Below, piece by piece: positions 17,914 to 27,356 of a stretch of DNA of 32,000 nucleotides. The DNA comes from Candidatus Thorarchaeota archaeon (GTDB lineage Archaea > Asgardarchaeota > Heimdallarchaeia > Hodarchaeales > Hodarchaeaceae), in the NCBI GenBank assembly GCA_048882505.1, contig JBHLRO010000010.1:1-32000 (forward strand). The letters are read 5' to 3'. A program made the translations under genes and the position numbers. Within the stretch, counting starts at the first letter, position 1. Each line of letters starts with the position of its first letter. The notes under the pieces were generated by a model that saw only the letters and a program-made list of their open reading frames with translations, was not told the DNA's origin and did no database searches.

Positions 17914-18792
17914 ATGCTTTTAAAAGGCCTTTTTCTAATCAGTCGTCCTCTGAACTCCTTTTTGTCCGGTTTTGCCGTTGTAATTGGTGCAATAGCGGCA
18001 ATTTCTCATCCTCTTACACAAAATCAACTTTGGGGAGTCTTATTAGGTTATCTCACCACATCCTTGGTCGCAGTAGGGGGTTATGCTATGAATGATGTTT
18101 TTGATATCGAAATTGACAAAATAAACATGCCACATCGCCCTTTACCTTCTGGTTACCTAACCTTGAACCAGGCCAAGACCTATGCGGCCATTTTGTTTAT
18201 TATAGGAAATCTATTGGCCTTGATGATTGATGTTCCAGCATTCTTACTTGCTTTTTCTGCAGGGCTCCTGTTATACATGTATGCAGCCTATTTTAAACGA
18301 GCTGGATTCCTTGGGAATATCATGATTGGCATCCTGACCGCTGTCCCATTTATTTTTGGAGGACTTTTAACGGCAAGCTATGAAACAATGATTTTTCCGG
18401 CTCTTTTTGCATTTCTCCTAATAGTTGGTCGAGAAGTGATAAAAGATATAGAAGACGTCCGTGGCGATCGGATGGAGAGCGTTAAATCTGTCGCTCTCAC
18501 GTACGGGGTCGGTACAGCTCGAAACCTTGGATATGCGTTTCTAGTTGTGTTAATGGTGATTAGTCCCCTTCCAATCATTCTTGGATATTATTCTTCTCCC
18601 ATATTCATTGTGATTGTGTTGGGAATTGATGTAGCCATCTTGTTTGTAGGATATCTCCTGTTTAAACGGAACGAGGAAGAAATAGTAAGAAATGCCACGC
18701 GTTGTAAGCGACTACTCAAAACTTGTATCTCTTTCGGGATTTTAGCTTTTGTGATTGAAGGTTTAGGCAAATTACTTCTCCTAAGCGGTTAA
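17914..18792 (+). CDS. UbiA-family prenyltransferase, probable digeranylgeranylglyceryl-phosphate synthase (DGGGPS)
   Basis: NDVFDIEIDKINMPHRPLPSG, YAAYFKR.GFLGN, REVIKDIEDVRGD; multiple TM helices. Confidence 0.85.
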   Translation: MLLKGLFLISRPLNSFLSGFAVVIGAIAAISHPLTQNQLWGVLLGYLTTSLVAVGGYAMNDVFDIEIDKINMPHRPLPSGYLTLNQAKTYAAILFIIGNLLALMIDVPAFLLAFSAGLLLYMYAAYFKRAGFLGNIMIGILTAVPFIFGGLLTASYETMIFPALFAFLLIVGREVIKDIEDVRGDRMESVKSVALTYGVGTARNLGYAFLVVLMVISPLPIILGYYSSPIFIVIVLGIDVAILFVGYLLFKRNEEEIVRNATRCKRLLKTCISFGILAFVIEGLGKLLLLSG

Positions 18793-19023
18793 ACAAGACT
18801 CGAAACGGCCTCTTCTTGTTCCTAGAAGCCCAAATTGGGGAAGATTGAGCTAATTCTATCTGTTCTATTGCTTCAATCCGAGAGCCCAAAACCATTGGCT
18901 TTCCAAATTTTAAAGGAAAATTTATTTTAATCGAAGGCAGTCGGGTTGCCCAAGTAGAAAAAAACTACCTACCAGTACTTACACGTACTGGCGGATATTC
19001 CAAATATTCTGGTGGATTATAAC

Positions 19024-19314
19024 TTGGCGTATACGGATAAAAAAGTGAAAAAGAAACGTCGCTGGGGTAAAATCTTTGAGTATACAAGCTATCAGCGCAC
19101 TTTGCCTGTCGGCAAGGACTACGAAGAAAAGCTTGCACAATTAGAACAGGATTTTGTAAAGCGAAAGAATTTTGTCGTAACTGCCCCCGAAATAGCCACA
19201 CGACTCGATATTCGAGTATCCGTGGCCCAAAACATGTTAGATGACCTGGAAGAAAAGAATATACTAAAAAAAGGTATTTCCTCCAGACGGCTAAAAGCTT
19301 ATGTCAAGGCTTAA
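19024..19314 (+). CDS. rps25e: 30S ribosomal protein eS25
   Basis: KKKRRWGK...VVTAPEIATRLDIRVSVAQNMLDDLEEKNIL...AYVK matches the eS25 winged helix. TTG 19024 follows SD GGTGGA; the ORF track uses GTG 19012. Confidence 0.85.
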   Translation: MAYTDKKVKKKRRWGKIFEYTSYQRTLPVGKDYEEKLAQLEQDFVKRKNFVVTAPEIATRLDIRVSVAQNMLDDLEEKNILKKGISSRRLKAYVKA

Positions 19315-19412
19315 GGGAAAAAGTCAACGGAATATATTCATTTCCCAGCCGAGATGATTGGGGGTGGAGAATGGAAGAAAAGGCTTCCTAGATTCATACG
19401 GAAATAACGGAA

Positions 19413-19988
19413 ATGGAGATTTTAGAAAACCTAATTATGATGAAGAGGCTTCTCAGGCAGGGCTGGTTACGTGCTGGCGTTCCCGTTGGCTCCGTTGAAT
19501 CCCTTGCGGCTCACTCATGGTCAGTAGCTTTTCTTGCTTTACTGTTTTGTATAGAAGAAAACCAGAAACGAAACGAAATCCCACTGAATCTGGAAAAAAC
19601 GGTGTTAATAGGGCTACTTCACGATTTCCATGAATCCGAGTGGTTAGATATGGATAAAAGCGTTTCTAGAATTCTTTCCCCCGAACAGCTTGAAAGAATT
19701 CAACAGGCACTCCATGAAGGGGCTGTCACTGGTATATTGTCGAAACTTCCATCTTCTTTAAGGGGAACCTTAGAAGAAATTCTCCTTGATACTGAAAGCG
19801 AAGAATACCATCTCGCTCGAGTTGCGGATCTTATGGATTTGCTAATTCAGGCAAACGCATATGGTAAGAAGCAGTTTCTTGATCCCGGACAAGTTAGTGA
19901 GTTCAGAAGGTATGCGCGGGAGGAACTGGAACAGTATGAATCGAAATTTGGCTTCTTGAAACCTCTAATCGAAAAATGGGGGATCTGA
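19413..19988 (+). CDS. HD-domain hydrolase (YfbR/HDDC2-like 5'-deoxynucleotidase)
   Basis: LKRxxRQGW-type N-terminus, ESLAAHSW, LLHDFHE, ARVADLMD. Confidence 0.88.
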   Translation: MEILENLIMMKRLLRQGWLRAGVPVGSVESLAAHSWSVAFLALLFCIEENQKRNEIPLNLEKTVLIGLLHDFHESEWLDMDKSVSRILSPEQLERIQQALHEGAVTGILSKLPSSLRGTLEEILLDTESEEYHLARVADLMDLLIQANAYGKKQFLDPGQVSEFRRYAREELEQYESKFGFLKPLIEKWGI

Positions 19989-19998
19989 AGACAACGTA

Positions 19999-21003
19999 TT
20001 AGTTTTCATTAATGAGGGGCAAAACCATTGATTCAATAAATTTGATACTGTTCTCAACGAATTGATCTGAATCAGCTAGCTTAATTCCCAGCTTGAACGC
20101 ATGAGCTTGTTCAAACAAAGGATAGTACTGGGAAAACCCTGAATCGTCACCCCAAATCTCTTGAACGGTTTCATGGATATCTGGCTTTACAAGATCTAAT
20201 TCGACAGCTTTTCTTCCAGCATAATAGCAAGCTAATGCAAAAATTATATCTATGACAGAAGATCCAATTAAAAAGTCCAATTCACCCTCAGGGAGGCCCT
20301 CTTCCTTAGCTGTGGTAATAATTTCGTCCATCTGGACCAAAGTGTCTCGCAAAATCTCTTTGGCCGATACTTTTACTTGTTGGTCGGAGATCTTGATGTT
20401 TTCAAATACGTTTGAACCAATTCTCACTTCCCCAGCTTGGGCATACAATATGTGGATGGGGCCCCAAGCTGCGCCAAACTTGTCAAGTTGAGGAATATCC
20501 TCCTCCTTCAGAATCATTAGATCAAAAATGTGGGCAACCTCGGGAGTCACAATTTCCTCTCCAATTTCATTAACCCGTTGAATTATATCTTCTCCGCTGT
20601 CAGCCGTGAGAACAACGACAAAGTTGATATCGCTCTCTCCAACCACATGGAGTCGCTTTGCATATGATCCATAAATTATAAGGGCTTTAAGATGGTTTTT
20701 AAGGACATTATCGTCTTTAAGCTTTTTAATCACCAGCTCCTCTAGCATTTCATACTCACTCGATTCATCTGCTAAGGAAACTCCTTCTTCAATCGCAAGC
20801 GACTCTATTTCGTCATCCTCCATCGCATTGGCCTTTTCAACCTCCTCTTTAACTATCTTCATGGATCCACGAACCTCAGCTTTCAAATTTGGGTTCTCAA
20901 CTATAACATTCTTCAATACAGCTGTTAAAATCGCTTCTCCTTGTTCCATGCGCGCTTTGGTGGCGTACTGGCGGATAAGAACCCTTAATTCTTCTTCGTC
21001 CAT
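19999..21003 (-). CDS. Fusion protein: archaeal GluRS N-terminal-like domain, Pol-beta-type nucleotidyltransferase, C-terminal helical bundle
   Basis: Residues 1-75 match the archaeal GluRS N-terminal pattern. IIYGSYAK...SDINFVVV...IFDLMIL is the NTase signature. The C-terminus is all-helical. Confidence 0.75.
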   Translation of the reverse strand: MDEEELRVLIRQYATKARMEQGEAILTAVLKNVIVENPNLKAEVRGSMKIVKEEVEKANAMEDDEIESLAIEEGVSLADESSEYEMLEELVIKKLKDDNVLKNHLKALIIYGSYAKRLHVVGESDINFVVVLTADSGEDIIQRVNEIGEEIVTPEVAHIFDLMILKEEDIPQLDKFGAAWGPIHILYAQAGEVRIGSNVFENIKISDQQVKVSAKEILRDTLVQMDEIITTAKEEGLPEGELDFLIGSSVIDIIFALACYYAGRKAVELDLVKPDIHETVQEIWGDDSGFSQYYPLFEQAHAFKLGIKLADSDQFVENSIKFIESMVLPLINEN

Positions 21004-21160
21004 GTCAAATTACCTTCTTCTTTCCCTATGAAAGGTATTGAGCTATCAAGATGTTCGAGGTGAGCAAAAAGATCCGTAGATATGCGGTTTTTCTCGAGTT
21101 TGTAAGTGTGTAGGTGCCTCTAGTAAGAGATCTATGAATTCGGTAATCTTACAAAGAAAT

Positions 21161-22333
21161 TTATAACGTTTGACGTTTAATGAGTTTGTCTATTGAATTA
21201 ACAATTTCCTTTAACTGAATGCTGCTCGGTTCTTCGTCCCTTGACGCATGGTGTATCAATTCAGAAATAATTCGCCCTAATATCTCCATTTCTGGCACTT
21301 TGAATCCTTGTCTTGTAAGCTCAGCCGTTCCAAAACGCATTGCAGAATCAGTCACAAGTTTATACTTAAGAAGCATGTCTCGGTACCTGGCCCCTTGCGT
21401 AAAATCCTCTATTTGCATCAATACTTGGTGAGATTCTGTGAATCCTTTCTCTCTCCCGTGCAATGATATTTCATGTTCGTCTAAGGTTTGAGCCAAGGCT
21501 TTTGCATTTAATGTTGTTTGCATTGCATATTGAACTCCATAATGTTGAAATTCTTCTAAGGCAACCCCTAGTGCAGCTATCCGTGAGTTGTGAACGTTAT
21601 CGACCAAAACAATGCCTTTTAAGGGATCTAATCCAATAACCTCGTTGAGATTATCAAGTGCAAAATCATTTGCAAGAATAACACCCCCTTGGGGGCCAGG
21701 AAAGGATTTGTGAGTCGATCCCAGCAAGAAATCCGCACTTTCTCCTAAAGGATCTTGGAATTGCCCACCAGCTATCAATCCTAGGACATGGGATCCATCA
21801 TAAGCAACAAGGCCACCATATCCATGTACCACATCCGCTATCGGTTTAACTGGGTGCGGAAAGAGAAACAAAGAGGCCCCCAAAAAGACTAGAGGAGGTT
21901 TTTCGACTTCAAGAATCTCAATGGTTCTTGACAGGTCAATATTGTACTCTTTTGGACTCCAAGGGATATTGATGCGCTTTCTTCCAAAAAATTCAAGATT
22001 TATGGGATATCCTCCTGCTGGGTGCAAGGGTAGAATTGCTATCTTGTCTTCTGGATGTGAATGAGCTAACATCACCGCCAAAACTGCCATATTCCCTGAT
22101 AAGGGAGAAATAAGGGCCGATTTACAGTGAAATACTTTTTCAGCCAATTCTTGACTCTGAGCATAGATCTTCTGGAACACATTGGAACCACCGTAAAAAT
22201 CTGAATGGTACCGACTATGTTGGATAGACAAAGCTTTCTTGACCTGGGGGCTAAGAGTGTTCTCTGATGCTATCAGATTGAGACAGTTTGAGCGAAATTT
22301 ATCATTCTTCATGATTAGCTCCATTAACTTCAT
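21161..22333 (-). CDS. glyA: Serine hydroxymethyltransferase-family PLP enzyme, divergent
   Basis: LNLIASEN, FYGG, LSGNMA, YDGSHVLGLIAGG, GSTHKSFPGPQGG, MRFGTAELTRQG. The start is reassigned to ATG 22333 (SD GGAGA); the ORF track uses 22513. Confidence 0.88.
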   Translation of the reverse strand: MKLMELIMKNDKFRSNCLNLIASENTLSPQVKKALSIQHSRYHSDFYGGSNVFQKIYAQSQELAEKVFHCKSALISPLSGNMAVLAVMLAHSHPEDKIAILPLHPAGGYPINLEFFGRKRINIPWSPKEYNIDLSRTIEILEVEKPPLVFLGASLFLFPHPVKPIADVVHGYGGLVAYDGSHVLGLIAGGQFQDPLGESADFLLGSTHKSFPGPQGGVILANDFALDNLNEVIGLDPLKGIVLVDNVHNSRIAALGVALEEFQHYGVQYAMQTTLNAKALAQTLDEHEISLHGREKGFTESHQVLMQIEDFTQGARYRDMLLKYKLVTDSAMRFGTAELTRQGFKVPEMEILGRIISELIHHASRDEEPSSIQLKEIVNSIDKLIKRQTL

Positions 22334-22520
22334 CGCAAGGTCTCCATTTGTAAAATCACGAACTAAAGATTTAACAATTCTTATTAATTGGAACAGAGAT
22401 AGGATAGGATAAGCATTTTGGGGTGTTTCAGTCTGAAGATTTTTCTGAGATACGAAACTCACTTCACTCAATTTACTAGTACCAAGAAAAAACGAACGGT
22501 GACTGTTCATCAATTTTGAA

Positions 22521-23273
22521 GTGAACGATTTGATTGATGCACACGCCCATTTGCTTCCTGATTTTGTGGATAACGTCGAAGAACTTGTCCAAAGCGCCAG
22601 AGCCGCCGGTCTTCAAGCCATTATCAATTCTGCGATAGAACCTGATCATTATTTTTATGCGAATAATTTGGCCCGCGAACATAGTGGATTCGTATATTCA
22701 ACGTTGGGATTTTCTCCCTCACACATCAAATCGATCGATTTTGATGTTGCATACAGTCATATCAAGAATAATAGCTCACTTGTAGCAATTGGGGAAGTCG
22801 GTCTGGACTATTATTGGATTAAAGATGTTTATTGGCAAAATAAGGAACAGATCGTTTTCCAGAGGTTTATTGAACTTGCGAATGAACTGCAAAAACCCCT
22901 CGTTATTCATAGTAGGAAGGCTGAGACTGACTGCATTGATCTCTTGGAAAAACACGCAGGGGTTCCTGTTTTAATGCACTGCTTTTCAGGTACAATAGAT
23001 GATGTTAAAAGATGCTTAGATTCAGGATGGTTACTTTCAATACCAACTGCCGTTGTTAATCGGAAAAAACATCGCAGGATTGCTCGAAAGGTCCCTCTGG
23101 AATCTCTTGTGGTTGAAACCGATACTCCCTTTCTGAGCCCCATAAAGGGTGAACGTAACCAACCCGCAAATATCCGATATGCCATACAAGAAGTCGCAAA
23201 ATTGAAGGATTCTACCTTTGATGACGTAAGAAGACATACCACAAAAAATGCCAAAGAGTTTTATCGGTTATAA
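22521..23273 (+). CDS. tatD: TatD-family metal-dependent hydrolase/DNase
   Basis: DAHAHL, IGEVGLDY, IHSR, MHCFSG, VETDTPFL. Confidence 0.94.
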   Translation: MNDLIDAHAHLLPDFVDNVEELVQSARAAGLQAIINSAIEPDHYFYANNLAREHSGFVYSTLGFSPSHIKSIDFDVAYSHIKNNSSLVAIGEVGLDYYWIKDVYWQNKEQIVFQRFIELANELQKPLVIHSRKAETDCIDLLEKHAGVPVLMHCFSGTIDDVKRCLDSGWLLSIPTAVVNRKKHRRIARKVPLESLVVETDTPFLSPIKGERNQPANIRYAIQEVAKLKDSTFDDVRRHTTKNAKEFYRL

Positions 23274-23307
23274 CAATAGACTCGGAATCTACTGGATCGT
23301 GCTCTTT

Positions 23308-24954
23308 ATGGGTCATACCAGGCAAGAAGGCGTACTTCATTACCGAGAGGAAACGATTTCGAACCTTCAATCGCAGGAGTTCGATATTCTGGTAGTGGGA
23401 GGCGGAATCACTGGAGCTGGAGTTGCTAGGGATGCAGCACTCCGAGGGTACTCTGTCGCATTGGTTGAAAAGTTAGATTTTGGATCAGGCGCAAGTAGCG
23501 GGTCATCAAAGCTTGTACATGCAGGACTCAGATACGTACCGCAAAAAGAGTTTCGATTAGTAAGGGAAGCATCAAGAGAACGTAGAAAAATACTAGAAAT
23601 GGCACCACACGTTACATCTCCAGTAAAGTTCTTTTTTCCTTTTCATTCAGACCTTTGGTCAACTCGACGGAAAATCAAGCTTGGCATTTGGTTTTATGAT
23701 ATTTTGGCCGGGTTTAGAAACCACATGTTCCATAAATTCTTGGGGATTGACAAGGCACTAAAATTGATTCCAACCATTCGAGAACAAGAATTTCAAGGAG
23801 CAGGCATCTATGGTGACGGACGGATGGACGATTCTCGTCTGTCTTTAGAGATCATTTTATCAGCGCAAGATCATGGGGCCTCTGTTCTCAACTATTGCGA
23901 GGTAATTTCGTTTAAAACCAATCAGTCTGGAGATAAGATTACTAGCGTCAATGTACATGATAAAATCAAGGATCAAAAGTTTGCCATAAAATCAAGAGCG
24001 GTAGTTATCGCATGTGGACCTTGGACCGATGAAATTTTACAGATGCTTGATCCTAATGCCCCTCCACGGGTTCGCATCACTAAAGGTATCCATTTAATTA
24101 CAAAGAAATTCTATGATGGAGAATATGCGGTCGTTGTTCCAATTCGTGATAAACGTGTCAACTTCGTGATCCCTTTTGGAGATTTCAATCTGGTAGGAAC
24201 GACCGATACTGATTACACGGGTGATTTGGATTTCGTCCCAGTTTTGGAAGATGAAATCGACTATATCATTGACGCCATCAATTTCATTTTTCCTGGGAGC
24301 TTATCTAGAAAGGACATAGTCAGTGCCTATTCGGGATTGAGGCCCCTTATTATTTCTCCAGATGCCAAATCTGAGTCAGATGTATCACGAAAACATGGAA
24401 TTTTTGTTCCTCGATCAAATCTCTTTGCGATTACTGGAGGCAAATTCACTACATTTCGCGCAATGGCGAAAGATGTTGTGGACCGTTTAGGGGATTTTTT
24501 GGGGAAAAAAGCGAGATGCATGACGGATGAAACACCTCTCCATGGCTGGAGCTCACTCAGCCGCCGTTACTGGGAAAACTGGAAAATTATTGCTATCGAA
24601 GACATGAAAATCCGATATGAACTTCCCCAAGACATCGCCATACATTTACTGCGCTATGGAGAGAATTACAAACAAATTTGTCAATTTATAAAGGAAAATC
24701 CAGAGCTAGCTGATCGAATCTCCAGTGATCGCTCCTATATCCTTGTGGAAGTGGATTATGCAGTTATGTACGAAAAAGCGGTCACACTAAATGATTTCAT
24801 GCTTCGGAGAACACAACTACAGCTATCAGATAATCAGGGTTTGGACTGTATTGAACCAATTGTAGATCGGATGGCCGATTTATTAGGTTGGCCAGCTGAC
24901 GAAAAAGAAAGGGAAAAAGCTAGCTATAAAGAATCGCTGGTTTGGAGTCCGTGA
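23308..24954 (+). CDS. glpD: FAD-dependent glycerol-3-phosphate dehydrogenase/oxidase
   Basis: DILVVGGGITGAGVARDAALRG, SSGSSKLVHAGLRY, GDGRMDDSRL, TKGIHL, GTTDT, SAYSGLRPL, GGKFTTFRAMA. Likely start ATG 23308; the ORF track uses 23248. Confidence 0.93.
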   Translation: MGHTRQEGVLHYREETISNLQSQEFDILVVGGGITGAGVARDAALRGYSVALVEKLDFGSGASSGSSKLVHAGLRYVPQKEFRLVREASRERRKILEMAPHVTSPVKFFFPFHSDLWSTRRKIKLGIWFYDILAGFRNHMFHKFLGIDKALKLIPTIREQEFQGAGIYGDGRMDDSRLSLEIILSAQDHGASVLNYCEVISFKTNQSGDKITSVNVHDKIKDQKFAIKSRAVVIACGPWTDEILQMLDPNAPPRVRITKGIHLITKKFYDGEYAVVVPIRDKRVNFVIPFGDFNLVGTTDTDYTGDLDFVPVLEDEIDYIIDAINFIFPGSLSRKDIVSAYSGLRPLIISPDAKSESDVSRKHGIFVPRSNLFAITGGKFTTFRAMAKDVVDRLGDFLGKKARCMTDETPLHGWSSLSRRYWENWKIIAIEDMKIRYELPQDIAIHLLRYGENYKQICQFIKENPELADRISSDRSYILVEVDYAVMYEKAVTLNDFMLRRTQLQLSDNQGLDCIEPIVDRMADLLGWPADEKEREKASYKESLVWSP

Positions 24955-26615
24955 ACCTTTTGATTCCGATTCAATCCAAAGATCCCTGGATTCAAAATCC
25001 CCTCCGGATCAAGACTTTGTTTCAAATCCTTGAGCAACCCCATTCCAGCAGAACCAATTTCCTCTTGTAACCATGCACTAAATGATCTGCCGATCCCATG
25101 GTGGTGACTCAGTGTTCCTCCGTTTGCTAGAAATGTATCCAAAACCTTCTTTCGTATGCGATGGAACTGGTCAATCTCATTTCCTTCTTCCTGCGGGGCT
25201 AAGACAGTAAAATACAGATTTGCTCCATTAACGTAGAAATGGCTTCCATGGGTCCAAATCATGGGACATTCAGAACTAAGTACTTCCAGGACCGCATGAT
25301 ATAAAGGGAGTAGTTTTTCCCAAGTTACCGCGGTTTCAAAGGTTTCCAATAAAACTCCATGATCAATAATTGAATCTCTAAGAAAGGGAGTATCAAATCG
25401 AGAATTATACCATTGCTCTCCGGGAGATGCTCCTAAATGGTATCCGTGATGTTTTTTTGCCAGGGAAATCGCATGCTTTCGTGTCATTGACACTAGGTTT
25501 GATTGCCCCTCAATAACCATTATCCCGAGGCATCTTTTGCCTTCTGAAAATCCACGGCTCGTAAGATATTTCATCCCAATCTGTTGAAAATAAGAGGGTT
25601 CCCGCGGGGGATCGTGCATAAGAGAGCTGGCCCTTAAATTAAAATAGGTCTCTGATGCATCAGACAGTCGGAGAATTGCCGGACGAAATCCAGCCTGTAT
25701 GAGCTCTCTGTAAGCATTAATTCCATCTTCAAATGACCGAAAGAAGAATGCTGAAAACTTCCTGGCCTGTGGAATTGGCCAAACTCGCAGTGTCGCTTCG
25801 GTTATAATTCCAAAGACCCCCTCCGAGCCTGAAAATATATGCGTAAAATCTGGACCAGTTGAACGAGCTGGAACAGTCTTAATTTCTAGTGTGGTTCCCT
25901 TTCCTGTCGCAACTTTCAATCCCATTAGCATATCTTCTATCTTACCATACAAAGTGGAATTTTGACCAGCTCCACGGGTTGCAATCCATCCACCTAAGCA
26001 GCTATATTCGAAAGATTGCGGAAAATGGCCCAAGGTCAATCCATTTGAATTAAGATTATCTTCCAAAAAAGGTCCTAAAACACCTGTTTGGGCTGTAACA
26101 TACATACTGGTTTGGTTGATAGCCAGAATACGGGCCATCCGAGTTATGTTGAGTACCGTACAGCCTTTGGAAATCTGTGAAACTCCATGAGTCACACTGG
26201 TTCCACCTCCTCTGACACAAAGAGGAATCCCAAAAGCTTTGGCCGCCTGGATAACTGAAACAATCTCATCATGTGAATGGGGATATATTACCAGTTCAGC
26301 GATCGGTGGTAATTTGGCTATTCGAGTCTGTATGAGTTCAAGGTATCCTTGGCCTAACGAATTTTCGATACGTTCCCAGAAATCTGATGAGATCTGAGTA
26401 GAATGCAAAAATAAACCAATATTATCCAAGAACTCTTTGGGAAGATCAGGAGGTTGTTCATGTATTGTTTCAGGACTTTTTGATAAATAGGTTTTCTTCG
26501 GAGTACCCTGATCAATGCCTAGTTGAGAATAAACCAGCTCCTTAAAGGCAGAAGTCCATTTCACCTTGGTAGAATCTCTGTCACCCCATTTGGTAGCAGT
26601 TGGGAGAGGCTTCAT
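24924..26615 (-). CDS. Alkyl-dihydroxyacetonephosphate synthase-like FAD-linked oxidoreductase
   Basis: GGGTSV, LGHFPQSFEYSCLGGWIATRGAGQNSTLYGKIED, PAILRLSD, GANLYFT, TLSHHHGIG. Overlaps glpD by 31 nt, convergent. Confidence 0.87.
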   Translation of the reverse strand: MKPLPTATKWGDRDSTKVKWTSAFKELVYSQLGIDQGTPKKTYLSKSPETIHEQPPDLPKEFLDNIGLFLHSTQISSDFWERIENSLGQGYLELIQTRIAKLPPIAELVIYPHSHDEIVSVIQAAKAFGIPLCVRGGGTSVTHGVSQISKGCTVLNITRMARILAINQTSMYVTAQTGVLGPFLEDNLNSNGLTLGHFPQSFEYSCLGGWIATRGAGQNSTLYGKIEDMLMGLKVATGKGTTLEIKTVPARSTGPDFTHIFSGSEGVFGIITEATLRVWPIPQARKFSAFFFRSFEDGINAYRELIQAGFRPAILRLSDASETYFNLRASSLMHDPPREPSYFQQIGMKYLTSRGFSEGKRCLGIMVIEGQSNLVSMTRKHAISLAKKHHGYHLGASPGEQWYNSRFDTPFLRDSIIDHGVLLETFETAVTWEKLLPLYHAVLEVLSSECPMIWTHGSHFYVNGANLYFTVLAPQEEGNEIDQFHRIRKKVLDTFLANGGTLSHHHGIGRSFSAWLQEEIGSAGMGLLKDLKQSLDPEGILNPGIFGLNRNQKVHGLQTSDSL

Positions 26616-26714
26616 ATCTAAAACCTCGTTGGTTCATTGAAAACAGAGGCAGATCTATTCTATAAAAGGAACTAGTATCATATCTATTGAGGTTTCCCTA
26701 AAAAACAATCAGAT

Positions 26715-27356
26715 TCAGAGAATTTTGTCTTCATTTTGGGTTTGAAACTCATTTTGAGCGTACATTATCGTCACCCAGATAGCCTCCCTCGGGGTTAACG
26801 GTTTTCCTTCTTGCGCTTCCAGGTTCAAATTTTCTACCAAAATATTGTGCTTCCTCACTTCTTCAAAATAATGCTCTCCCATTTCCTGGATGGTCATCTT
26901 GGAAAATGGCGAACCCTGCCCGATTCCAGGACAGGTTTTTGTTGCATTCTTAGCCCATACTGCAGTAAGTGTCTTTGTGCCTTTTATTTTTCGAAATGCG
27001 AAAGGGTAATTCCGGCAAGCCAGTGGCCTGTATGGGTAGATGCTACAGTTGGGCTTAATATAAAAAACACAATCACCCACGGAATCCTTACGGAGGCCCG
27101 GAATTATTTGGCCTTTTGTAACTTGGATAGGACGTAAGACCAAACGTTCGCGTATTTTTTCGTCCGAAACGTCTTTTAAGGTGTAAAAGGTGATTCTCTT
27201 AAGCAAGGAATGAAAATCCTGCTCCATAGCTGCATATAGAAGATACAAGTCTCGATATGTGAGAGTTACAATCAGTTTTGGATCCCTACAACAATTTCCA
27301 CTCTGTTGGCAAGTAAATATTCGTTCTTGACCCAAGGTAACCCATTCAGGGGTCAA
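26715..27356 (-). CDS. YkgJ/UPF0153-type cysteine-cluster protein
   Basis: CQQSGNCC, CVFY...CSIYPYRPLACRNYPF, CPGIG. Confidence 0.88.
   Translation of the reverse strand: MTPEWVTLGQERIFTCQQSGNCCRDPKLIVTLTYRDLYLLYAAMEQDFHSLLKRITFYTLKDVSDEKIRERLVLRPIQVTKGQIIPGLRKDSVGDCVFYIKPNCSIYPYRPLACRNYPFAFRKIKGTKTLTAVWAKNATKTCPGIGQGSPFSKMTIQEMGEHYFEEVRKHNILVENLNLEAQEGKPLTPREAIWVTIMYAQNEFQTQNEDKIL

Noticed and set aside
22334-22513. 60-aa N-terminal extension of the SHMT-like ORF
   Set aside because: Homology begins near ATG 22333, which has an SD. The extension covers the divergent promoter region shared with tatD.
23248-23307. Longer glpD start overlapping tatD
   Set aside because: ATG 23308 avoids the overlap and gives a normal distance to the GxGxxG motif.
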